Positions 57,434 through 64,000 of a stretch of 64,000 nt of DNA are shown in pieces. Source of the stretch: Candidatus Woesebacteria bacterium RBG_13_46_13. GTDB taxonomy: Bacteria > Patescibacteriota > Microgenomatia > UBA8517. The number at the start of each line of letters is the position of its first letter. Position 1 is the stretch's first letter. The translations under genes and the position numbers were made by a program. The notes beneath the pieces were generated by a model. That model saw nothing but the letters and a program-made list of their open reading frames with translations. It did not search any database and had not been told where the DNA came from. Where the stretch lies: positions 6,170 to 70,169 of the forward strand of contig MGFR01000003.1 in the NCBI GenBank assembly GCA_001791995.1. The letters run 5' to 3'.

Positions 57434-57462
57434 TTGACTTTTTGATGATAAGTGGGTATATT
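57434..57462 (+). promoter_or_regulatory. near-consensus sigma70 promoter TTGACT-17-TATATT with AT-rich upstream region
   Basis: -35 TTGACT at 57434-57439, 17-nt spacer, -10 TATATT at 57457-57462. AT-rich UP-like tract at 57370-57430. Confidence 0.45.
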
Positions 57463-57468
57463 CGAGGT

Positions 57469-57560
57469 GTGCTGGTGGGCGAAAGCCCCTCTTCGGCTAA
57501 GGTATATCTAAGCTGAGAGCCAGCACACTAGGAGCGTCCGCGAGGACGCTTCTTGTTTCT
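57469..57560 (+). ncRNA. candidate small structured RNA (about 92 nt), function unknown
   Basis: Bounded by the promoter above and an intrinsic terminator. Predicted closing helix GUGUGCUGG/CCAGCACAC encloses a GGGC-GAAA-GCCC hairpin and a UCGGCUAAG/CUAAGCUGA hairpin. No plus-strand ORF in the transcript. Confidence 0.4.
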
Positions 57561-57944
57561 GGAACGTTTATTGTTAGGCATTACACTTACAAATTCAACC
57601 TTTCCCGTTCCTATTTTCTCAAGAACGACCCTCATTTCTGTATCTTTTGCTATTTCGCTAACCAGGCCGTATTGGATAACAGATTTCTTTTTACCCTTTA
57701 TTTCTTTTGTTGTGTTTCTAGCTTTAAACTCCTTACTTTCTCTTATTACTCTAGGTGCATGAGGTAAACACATTAACTTGAGATATTGTTCGTCAATCGT
57801 TCGTGGCCTTCGATTTTTCTTGTACAGAAGGTGATTGAAGCCATTCGATGTAAAGAAAACGGTATCTCCCAAGGCTGGACAATAAATTGAAACAATGCTG
57901 TTATAGAAAGCACGCCTTCGAAGTTTTAGAATTTCAATATTCAT
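57528..57944 (-). CDS. hypothetical basic protein (138 aa) in AT-rich segment
   Basis: ORF in a low-GC stretch between tRNA genes. Lys/Arg-rich C-terminus. The ORF-track start at 57998 would overlap tRNA-Phe, so the internal ATG at 57944 is used. No SD. Confidence 0.25.
   Translation of the reverse strand: MNIEILKLRRRAFYNSIVSIYCPALGDTVFFTSNGFNHLLYKKNRRPRTIDEQYLKLMCLPHAPRVIRESKEFKARNTTKEIKGKKKSVIQYGLVSEIAKDTEMRVVLEKIGTGKVEFVSVMPNNKRSRNKKRPRGRS
57533..57560 (+). terminator. rho-independent terminator (7-bp stem AGCGUCC/GGACGCU, GCGA tetraloop, UCUUGUUUCU tract)
   Basis: Read directly from the sequence. The U-tract occurs only on the plus strand. Confidence 0.55.
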
Positions 57945-57971
57945 TAAGCGAAAGCTAACAGAAAATTTCTG

Positions 57972-58044
57972 TGCCGAGAGTGTGAGTCGAACACACATCT
58001 GACGCTCTTCAGGCGCCCGCCGTGACCACCTTGGCTATCTCGGC
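57972..58044 (-). tRNA. tRNA-Phe (anticodon GAA); CCA not encoded
   Basis: Hand fold: acceptor GCCGAGA/UCUCGGC, anticodon stem GGCGC/GCGUC with loop CUGAAGA, T-loop TGTTCGACTCA. Confidence 0.7.
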
Positions 58045-58056
58045 AAATTACTCCTG

Positions 58057-58130
58057 TGGTCGCTGAGGGTCTCGAACCCCCGACCTTGCGGATGTAAACC
58101 GCACGCTCTAACCAACTGAGCTAAGCGACC
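58057..58130 (-). tRNA. tRNA-Val (anticodon TAC); CCA not encoded
   Basis: Hand fold: acceptor GGUCGCU/AGCGACC, anticodon loop UUUACAU, T-loop GGTTCGAGACC. Confidence 0.8.
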
Positions 58131-58215
58131 TGGTGCCGGGAAGAGGACTCGAACCTCCACACCTTGCGGTACACGCACCTCAAGCGTGCCTGTCTACCAG
58201 TTTCAGCATCCCGGC
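58131..58215 (-). tRNA. tRNA-Leu (anticodon GAG), type II; CCA encoded
   Basis: Acceptor GCCGGGA/UCCCGGC, anticodon loop UUGAGGU, long variable arm. Directly abuts tRNA-Val with 0-nt spacing. Confidence 0.8.
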
Positions 58216-58247
58216 ATGGTGCAGATAAGCCAAGCTTGTCTGCTCTG

Positions 58248-58333
58248 TGCAGATGAGAGGACTTGAACCTCTACGGACGTTTAAAGTCCATACGGCCCTG
58301 AACCGTACGCGTCTGCCATTCCGCCACATCTGC
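58248..58333 (-). tRNA. tRNA-Leu (anticodon CAG), type II; CCA not encoded
   Basis: Acceptor GCAGAUG/CAUCUGC, anticodon loop UUCAGGG, variable arm GGACUUUAAACGUCC. Confidence 0.8.
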
Positions 58334-58362
58334 AAATAACCTGAATATTATATCAAAAAGGG

Positions 58363-59442
58363 CTATATAAATCTTACTTGGAGTTCTGGACTAACTTTGG
58401 TGGTTAGAGGTACCTCCTGACCGGGAAAATGTGCGGCCGGTCCCCAGATTTTGGCCAGCTTTTTATCAGAGGCAAAATCTTCTCCTATCTCTTCGGCGAC
58501 CTGGGCCAGTGTTTTTCCTTCTTTGGTAATCATGGGGTTTGCCGTTCCCGGCTCCTCATCCGCCTTGACCAGATAAATCTTAAGAAGCCTAAGCCTCTGC
58601 CAAATTTGAGTCAAAAGCTCATCTATTCCCTCTCCGGTTTCTGCGCTGATTGCTATGAAAATGTCTTTCGGCAGTCTATTAATTTTTTTGTCCTGGTCGA
58701 TTTTATTGATTACGAAGATAGCGTCAAGATAGGCCCTACTTGGAGAAAAAGCGTCAAGCAGCCGCTCCATTGAAAAATTCTCTTTTAAGACGATATCAGC
58801 ATTTTTGATGCCGTATTCCTTAGCTATCTCCTTGATGGTCTCTTTGGACAGCTGTTGGGTTATGTTCGACTGAACGTTTAGGCCCCCTTCGGGCTTTTTG
58901 TCGATACGAATCCCAGGTTGGGTTTTGTTTATCCTTATTCCTGCCTCCTCGAGTTCCTTCTGAAGTGTTTGGGTTTGGTCGGCCCTCTCGACGTCGGTCA
59001 TGATCAGCAATAGATCCGCACCGCGAGCAACGGAGAGGACTTCTTTGCCTCTTCCTTTACCGTGCCTTGCGCCTTCGATCAGCCCCGGTACGTCCATAAT
59101 TTGAATATAGGCGTCGTTGAATTTAAGCATTCCGGGAATTACCGAGACCGTGGTAAAAGCATATGGGGCTACCTTGCTTTCGGCGTTGGTCAGTCGATTG
59201 ATTAAAGTGGATTTTCCGGCAGAAGGAGGACCTATAAGTACAACCGTAGCGTCACCCTCTTTCCTGACGGCATAACCTCCTCCGCCCCCTCCGTGGGCAC
59301 GGATGACCCCTTCGAATTGTCTGTCTTTTAGACGCGAAAGTCTGGCTCTTAACTTTCCGATATGGTGCTCCGTCCCTTTGTGGTAGGGGGTTTCTCTTAT
59401 CTCCTTTTCGATATCCTCAATTTGTTGGGTAAAATCGGCCAT
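58363..59442 (-). CDS. DRG/Rbg1-family (Obg-like, TGS-containing) GTPase
   Basis: Near-colinear with eukaryotic/archaeal DRG1: EIEKEI..T..NK.TEHH.G.L.A.L, the GGGGGG...GDA stretch, G1 GPPSAGKSTL, G2 FTT, G3 DVPGLIEGA..GKGRG, NKID, and C-terminal TGS block LVKADEEPG...IWG. Confidence 0.8.
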   Translation of the reverse strand: MADFTQQIEDIEKEIRETPYHKGTEHHIGKLRARLSRLKDRQFEGVIRAHGGGGGGYAVRKEGDATVVLIGPPSAGKSTLINRLTNAESKVAPYAFTTVSVIPGMLKFNDAYIQIMDVPGLIEGARHGKGRGKEVLSVARGADLLLIMTDVERADQTQTLQKELEEAGIRINKTQPGIRIDKKPEGGLNVQSNITQQLSKETIKEIAKEYGIKNADIVLKENFSMERLLDAFSPSRAYLDAIFVINKIDQDKKINRLPKDIFIAISAETGEGIDELLTQIWQRLRLLKIYLVKADEEPGTANPMITKEGKTLAQVAEEIGEDFASDKKLAKIWGPAAHFPGQEVPLTTKVSPELQVRFI

Positions 59443-59467
59443 TGTTGTATAATTATATCTGATTTTA

Positions 59468-59539
59468 GCCTCTGTGGCTTAACGGATAGAGCATCGGTCT
59501 TCGGAACCGAGGGTGGAGGTTCGATTCCTCCCAGAGGCA
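59468..59539 (+). tRNA. tRNA-Arg (anticodon TCG); CCA not encoded
   Basis: Hand fold: acceptor GCCUCUG/CAGAGGC, anticodon stem UCGGU/ACCGA with loop CUUCGGA, T-loop GGTTCGATTCC. Confidence 0.75.
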
Positions 59540-59588
59540 CATTATATCTACTCCGAAGAAAATGTGGAGTTTCCCCAACGAAACGGGA

Positions 59589-60032
59589 TTATCTTGCGGG
59601 CTTGATAAAGGTTTTTACCCTGGCAACGCTAAAGCCGATAAATAGGCCCAAAAGTAAAGCCCAGCGGTAATTGACTATCCCCAACCCGGTAAAGGGTGCA
59701 AATCTGGCCACGGTCCAAACGGCTGCGCTGCCGATTAGGATGTAAAAAACCAGAGAGCCGAATCTGCTTTCGGGATGAAGGCCCCTTACCACAACCAAAT
59801 CCTTAATGGCCCAGTTTAGGAAACTGATCCAAAATCCCGAATAGATAATGGCGTCAATTAGCCCGAACTTGTAGTTTCCCAAGACGACGCTATCCGGAAA
59901 AATGATGTGGGCCAAATAAACAAAGAAAGACGTGATAAGCCAGGATAGTAAAAAGACAAAATGCTCGCTCAGATAATTCACCCCCTTTTCACCTTGAGTA
60001 TCGTATTTGGTGAAAAGTTTGTCAATGAGCAT
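59589..60032 (-). CDS. hypothetical polytopic membrane protein (147 aa)
   Basis: Four predicted TM helices. No motif recognised. Confidence 0.4.
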   Translation of the reverse strand: MLIDKLFTKYDTQGEKGVNYLSEHFVFLLSWLITSFFVYLAHIIFPDSVVLGNYKFGLIDAIIYSGFWISFLNWAIKDLVVVRGLHPESRFGSLVFYILIGSAAVWTVARFAPFTGLGIVNYRWALLLGLFIGFSVARVKTFIKPAR

Positions 60033-60060
60033 GCAGGCATAGTAAAATATGCATAGCTTA

Positions 60061-60145
60061 GCCGAGGTGGCGGAACGGTAGACGCACAGGACTTAAAATC
60101 CTGAGACCCATTTGGGTCGTGGGGGTTCGACTCCCTTCCTCGGCA
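60061..60145 (+). tRNA. tRNA-Leu (anticodon TAA), type II; CCA not encoded
   Basis: Acceptor GCCGAGG/CCUCGGC, anticodon loop CUUAAAA, variable arm GACCCAUUUGGGUCG. Confidence 0.8.
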
Positions 60146-60146
60146 C

Positions 60147-60221
60147 CGGGGAGTAGCTCAGCTGGTTTAGAGTGCGCGCTTTGGGAGCGCGAGGTCGCCG
60201 GTTCGAATCCGGCCTCCCCGA
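60147..60221 (+). tRNA. tRNA-Pro (anticodon TGG); CCA not encoded
   Basis: Acceptor CGGGGAG/CUCCCCG, anticodon stem CGCGC/GCGCG with loop UUUGGGA, T-loop GGTTCGAATCC. Only 1 nt after tRNA-Leu. Confidence 0.8.
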
Positions 60222-60222
60222 C

Positions 60223-60690
60223 TTACCTGGAGACTTGAATTGTGGCGCTGTTCTCCGCGTTACAGGCCTTAACGGTAACTATACTATTTGAATCCGAAAC
60301 TACCGAATAGTAGGTAGTGCTGGCAGAGCCCCCACCGGGATCAACGGGAATAGACTTCAAATACTTGGCCAAGGTCACGGAAAGATCCAAACAGGCAGCG
60401 GCCGCTCCGGTACATTGAGATCCTCCCCCTGAGCCGCAGGTTCCGAGCTGCTTTTCGGTTGAGGTAACGCCGGTTGGAAGGCTTCCGTTATTGTCGATGA
60501 TGTATTCATGAACCGCGGTCAAGACAGAATTGACGTCATTCCACCGACGGGAGTTTCTGGCATCCGCAAATCTTTGTACGGGATTTAGGGCCACGATTAC
60601 GATTGAAGCCAAAATAGCGATGATGGCAATAACCAAGAGTAATTCAATGAGTGTAAAACCGCTTTTGTTAGAAGATGGAGCGTTGGGCAT
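60223..60690 (-). CDS. type IV pilin (second PilA-like paralogue)
   Basis: KSG|FTLIELLLVIAIIAILASI with Glu+5. NPVQRFADARNSRRWNDVNSVLTAVHEY parallels the first pilin (19298..19888). Cys pair. Confidence 0.75.
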   Translation of the reverse strand: MPNAPSSNKSGFTLIELLLVIAIIAILASIVIVALNPVQRFADARNSRRWNDVNSVLTAVHEYIIDNNGSLPTGVTSTEKQLGTCGSGGGSQCTGAAAACLDLSVTLAKYLKSIPVDPGGGSASTTYYSVVSDSNSIVTVKACNAENSATIQVSR

Positions 60691-60735
60691 GTCTTTAATT
60701 ACTACAGCACATAGCCGATTTTAAGTCAAGGCCGC

Positions 60736-61107
60736 TCAAATCTCTTTCCAAAAAACCGGTGTGATCGTTGTCGCCCTGGTTGTTATAACCCGTATCGATT
60801 TGCCGTAGCCGTTGACCGTTGCCGAGACCGTAAAGGTCCAGTCAAAGCCGGTATGCGAATCCACGACCAGAGAGCAGATTCCCTCGGGCAGGGTTATTGT
60901 CGAAGGAAGGCTGTTGTTGGTATTGATGGAGTAAATCGCATCCTCAATGCAGGCTTCAACACGATTAATAGTTTCTTCCCTTCTTCTTCCGGATAGAGAT
61001 TTTTGGGCTTCGGAGATTGATGTTAGGGCCAAAGTTACACCTATAACCAAAAGAACAGCCGAAATAATCAGAACGCTTGAAAACGCAATGTAACCCTTTT
61101 GTCTCAT
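60736..61107 (-). CDS. minor-pilin-like protein with degenerate prepilin motif
   Basis: QKGYIAFSSVLIISAVLLVIGV hydrophobic N-terminus without Glu+5. Start taken at ATG 61107 to avoid a 71-nt overlap with the upstream gene; the ORF track gives 61179. Confidence 0.4.
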   Translation of the reverse strand: MRQKGYIAFSSVLIISAVLLVIGVTLALTSISEAQKSLSGRRREETINRVEACIEDAIYSINTNNSLPSTITLPEGICSLVVDSHTGFDWTFTVSATVNGYGKSIRVITTRATTITPVFWKEI

Positions 61108-61108
61108 T

Positions 61109-61633
61109 TTAATTAGATCTAACCTCCGCTGCCGAAATAAACGTCTGAGAACGATCAAATTCGCTCCTGGTAGAGGCATTAACCGAGTCGATGGTTAAGG
61201 AAAACCTGATATTTTTGGTCAGAGATCCGCTGGTTAGATTGGTAAAGGTCAGGCCGCTCACGCTAACCAAGTTTGAGGTCAGGGCTACGTCATTTGAGAG
61301 CGCGGCGCAGACAGGTGAGCCTCCTCCCCAACCGATTCTTAAAACTCCTGACGCAAGATAAATTCTGGTAGGATTTCTGGTAGCGTCGGAATTAGACATA
61401 CAAATAGAAGTGGCCGAGACGGAATTAATGTCGGAGGCATTTCTTATTTCAAAGAGAATCCTTTTTGAAGCCAGTCTAAGATTCTGGGTAACTTCTGTGT
61501 AAACGTTTGATTTGATCCTACCGTAAATAATGTTCCAGCCAAACTGGACAGCACCATAAACAAAAATTGTAACCAGAGCGATATAGACGATCAGTTCGAT
61601 AAAGGTAAAACCGTTGTTTATATTTTTTCTCAT
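61109..61633 (-). CDS. pseudopilin / minor pilin
   Basis: NNG|FTFIELIVYIALVTIFV with Glu+5. 174 aa. Confidence 0.65.
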   Translation of the reverse strand: MRKNINNGFTFIELIVYIALVTIFVYGAVQFGWNIIYGRIKSNVYTEVTQNLRLASKRILFEIRNASDINSVSATSICMSNSDATRNPTRIYLASGVLRIGWGGGSPVCAALSNDVALTSNLVSVSGLTFTNLTSGSLTKNIRFSLTIDSVNASTRSEFDRSQTFISAAEVRSN

Positions 61634-61634
61634 C

Positions 61635-63065
61635 TTATAAGGGCTTAAAACCGGCTAGTTCTTGTGCATTGGCCTCTGTTGCTCCGTATGCCCTGTCGTT
61701 AAACGCAGAGTAAGCGACGCCGTTAATGTTGTTCGTGTAATCAAACGATCCGAAAAGGGCTGGAGTAGAAAAAGTACCGATTGTCACGATTTGAAATTCG
61801 GAAGAGGCGTTATTGGTCCCCAGAAACACATAGTTGTTGGCGTTACCGAGCGCTATGTCGTTAATATTTGCCCCGGCCAGGTAGGTTCCGGAAAGCGTAG
61901 GCGCCGAGGGTGTTGAGACGCTTATCGTGTCCAATTCTCCCCCTTGTCTAGATATGATAATTGCTAAGTCAAATCCGGAGATTGAAGTTGCATCGGAACC
62001 TCCGGTAATGTCTAAAGACCCTACCAAGGAGGGCGAGGCAGGCGTTGAAACGCCTACCACTTGAAGCTCCTGGGTATTGGAGGAGGAAGCAACGAAGGCA
62101 TTAGATCCCAAAACAACAATCTCGTTGGCGTCGGCACCCAAGTCTAATGAACCGGTCAGAGAAGGGGCTGAAGGCGTACTGATATCCGTGACAATAAATT
62201 CATCATCCGCGCTGCTGTCCCTGACCAGATAGGCGTAGTTTCCGATAACAAACACGCCGTTGGCGTTGGCGGCCCCTGCAGCATCAAACGTGCCGACAGA
62301 ACTGGGGGTGGAGGGTGTACAAACGTCTATAATCTGCAATTCTGTGGCGTCCGCTTCGTTGGTAATGTAGGCGTATCTGCCCCAGACGTAGATGTTGGTG
62401 GGGTTACCCGAAAGAGTTAAAGATGAAGTCAAGCTGGGGGTAGAGGTCGAAATATCAAATATGGCAAAGTTCGGCGAGCCGGTATTCCTGGTCAGGTAAG
62501 CATAATGTCCCTGAACTTGGATTTTGTCTCCATTGTCGTTGCCAGCAAGGTCAACACTCGACTCCTGGGAAGGGCTGGCCCAGTTACCGACGGCTGTTTT
62601 TTTCCAATTCGTATAGTAAGTCTCGAAACTAACGGTATTTGCTCTGGCAATGGTGAAATTCCAACTGACGGTCGAAGTTATCTTCTTGGCGTTTAAATCC
62701 AGAACGTTGGCGCAGCCCGAAAGAACCGGATTATTCGTGGGAATATCCCGGTAGACGTCGGCAACACTGATTTGTCTGGTATAGCTACCTTTGGTGTCCG
62801 AAGAGCCCGAAAAAGCCCAAGTACCTCCACCGCTGGTAGCCCCATGGTTACCGTTGGTTAACAAAGACCAGGACTGGTTCTTGATGGAGCGTGCGGCTTC
62901 TATCCCCTCCTGGGCGTAAAGGGTTGCGTCACTTTCGTTGTCTCCGAGCCTATTTATAGAGAATATTTGCAGAATGGCGGTTACCGCGGAGACGGCGACA
63001 ACCACGAATATTCCGACTGCGACAATTACTTCAATGATTGCGAAGCCTGATTTAGATTTTACCAT
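61635..63065 (-). CDS. prepilin-leader protein fused to LVIVD-repeat beta-propeller (candidate pilus adhesin)
   Basis: N-terminus KSG|FAIIEVIVAVGIFVVVA with Glu+5. The C-terminal about 330 aa carries at least 7 tandem repeats of about 40 aa: [YAY(L/I/V)..x10-15..(E/N)(L/F)xI(I/V)D(I/V)S(T)P(S)xPSLxGS]. Confidence 0.7.
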   Translation of the reverse strand: MVKSKSGFAIIEVIVAVGIFVVVAVSAVTAILQIFSINRLGDNESDATLYAQEGIEAARSIKNQSWSLLTNGNHGATSGGGTWAFSGSSDTKGSYTRQISVADVYRDIPTNNPVLSGCANVLDLNAKKITSTVSWNFTIARANTVSFETYYTNWKKTAVGNWASPSQESSVDLAGNDNGDKIQVQGHYAYLTRNTGSPNFAIFDISTSTPSLTSSLTLSGNPTNIYVWGRYAYITNEADATELQIIDVCTPSTPSSVGTFDAAGAANANGVFVIGNYAYLVRDSSADDEFIVTDISTPSAPSLTGSLDLGADANEIVVLGSNAFVASSSNTQELQVVGVSTPASPSLVGSLDITGGSDATSISGFDLAIIISRQGGELDTISVSTPSAPTLSGTYLAGANINDIALGNANNYVFLGTNNASSEFQIVTIGTFSTPALFGSFDYTNNINGVAYSAFNDRAYGATEANAQELAGFKPL

Positions 63066-63066
63066 G

Positions 63067-63507
63067 TCAATTAATATCCAATTCCCCCGCGCTATTTAAT
63101 ATTAAGTTTTTGGTCCCGGTCGAGGCCGAAATTGTAATTGTCAGGGTAGAAGAGGGTTCGCCGCGGTCTGTCGAAAAGGTCACGTTGGAAAATCCGGAAA
63201 TGCCAACGCTGGAGGGATAACTAAAATCCTCCGAGAACGACGGAGAACCACAGGTTCCTCTAAAAAGGCGGATGTTTGTTCCGTCTAAACAGGCACCCCA
63301 GGCAACATTGTTTTTGCCGTCCATGGAATAGCTTTGGGCTTTCTTGAGGGTGCTGACAACTTTATCGACGGTGGCGTCAAGATTGGTTTGGATGAAAAAT
63401 CTGGCTAAAAAAGGAGATGTCGTTGCGGCCAGGATTGATATTAAGGCCACAACCATTAAAAGCTCTATAAAGGTAACACCGTTTTCCGGATAAGAGTTTT
63501 TCAGCAT
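63067..63507 (-). CDS. pseudopilin (GspH/FimT-like)
   Basis: ENG|VTFIELLMVVALISILAA with Glu+5. 146 aa. Confidence 0.65.
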   Translation of the reverse strand: MLKNSYPENGVTFIELLMVVALISILAATTSPFLARFFIQTNLDATVDKVVSTLKKAQSYSMDGKNNVAWGACLDGTNIRLFRGTCGSPSFSEDFSYPSSVGISGFSNVTFSTDRGEPSSTLTITISASTGTKNLILNSAGELDIN

Positions 63508-63511
63508 CTGG

Positions 63512-64000
63512 CTATCTGATACTTCCGGTAAGCTGGTAGATGGGACTGATTATTGCGATTGCAATTAAGGCCACGATAAGCCCCACGACAATCAGCAGAA
63601 TAGGCTCCAAAACGGTGGTCAGGTTTTTAGTAACATTGTCCAGCTCTTCGTCATAATAATCGGCCAAGTATAAAAGCGAGTCGGCGAGTTTACCGCTTTT
63701 TTCCCCTACCGATATCATTTTCGTAACCAGAACGGGGAAAAGACGATCTTTGGAGAGGGATTCGGTCAAGGATTTCCCCTGCTCAACCCCGGCTTGAGCT
63801 TGGTTGACTAATTTTTGAAAAGACTGGTTGGATAAAGTTTTCGCCGTAACCGCTAGGGCCTGAGATATCGGAACTCCGCTTTGCAGGAGAGTTCCCAGGT
63901 TTCTGCAGAATCGGGTAATCTGAAAATTCTTGGCGATTGCGCCCACAAAAGGAAGTCTAATAACTATCTGCCCCCAAACGGATTTAAGAGGAGTCAGGAT
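63512..64000 (-). CDS. GspF/PilC-family platform protein, C-terminal part (5'-truncated by window edge)
   Basis: The 144-aa ORF-track segment (63512..63946) is in frame to the window edge. T2SSF repeat with the SGKL motif region ISVGEKSGKLADSL and terminal TM helix. Confidence 0.7.
   Translation of the reverse strand: MLTPLKSVWGQIVIRLPFVGAIAKNFQITRFCRNLGTLLQSGVPISQALAVTAKTLSNQSFQKLVNQAQAGVEQGKSLTESLSKDRLFPVLVTKMISVGEKSGKLADSLLYLADYYDEELDNVTKNLTTVLEPILLIVVGLIVALIAIAIISPIYQLTGSIR

Noticed and set aside
57411-57434. TTGACA ... TATAAT pair upstream of the sRNA promoter
   Set aside because: The spacer is only 12 nt. The adjacent TTGACT-17-TATATT is the functional-looking promoter.

Overview
This 64 kb window is a gene-dense, bacterial-type chromosomal segment with about 47% GC and no rRNA, CRISPR array or recognisable transposase.

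Housekeeping backbone. The core genes are H+-pyrophosphatase, gyrB, a holB-like clamp-loader subunit, rpsP, rnc, nusB, rpmF, recG, tyrS, a class A PBP, the thrS-infC-rpmI-rplT-pheS-pheT operon and trigger factor. Thirteen tRNA genes lie in four clusters, and most do not encode the 3' CCA.

Type IV pilus loci. The largest block (15.2-28.6 kb, + strand) is a complete type IV pilus / competence-pilus locus:
- pilB, pilT, pilC, a major pilin, the prepilin peptidase pilD, about ten pseudopilin / minor-pilin genes, then pilM, pilN and pilO;
- no secretin gene is present;
- part of the pseudopilin run is a tandem array of four paralogues joined by ATGA stop/start overlaps.

A second, partial pilus locus on the minus strand (60.2-64.0 kb) contains a prepilin-leader protein fused to an LVIVD-repeat beta-propeller. 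This is a candidate pilus-tip adhesin.

Accessory island (1.7-7.1 kb). At the left edge sits a beta-class DNA methyltransferase immediately followed by a 589-aa putative restriction endonuclease. Beside them are a PD-(D/E)xK-motif protein and a membrane / coiled-coil / zinc-ribbon protein, plus two unknown ORFs. This is the best candidate for an undescribed defence module in the window.

Other notable items:
- an archaeo-eukaryotic-type DRG / Rbg1-family GTPase;
- two RRM-type RNA-binding proteins;
- a UmuC-like Y-family polymerase with a small upstream partner ORF;
- an Nramp-fold transporter lacking the DPGN metal-binding motif;
- a Tat-signal polysaccharide deacetylase;
- a secreted GH-A clan glycosidase;
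- a roughly 92-nt promoter-to-terminator candidate small RNA embedded in a tRNA cluster.

Several traits point, by inference only, to a small-genome Patescibacteria/CPR-like organism: a type IV pilus locus without a secretin, a short trigger factor lacking the PPIase domain, RRM proteins, the DRG GTPase, and shortened aminoacyl-tRNA synthetases.

All calls are from reading the sequence and recalled family motifs. No database search was run.
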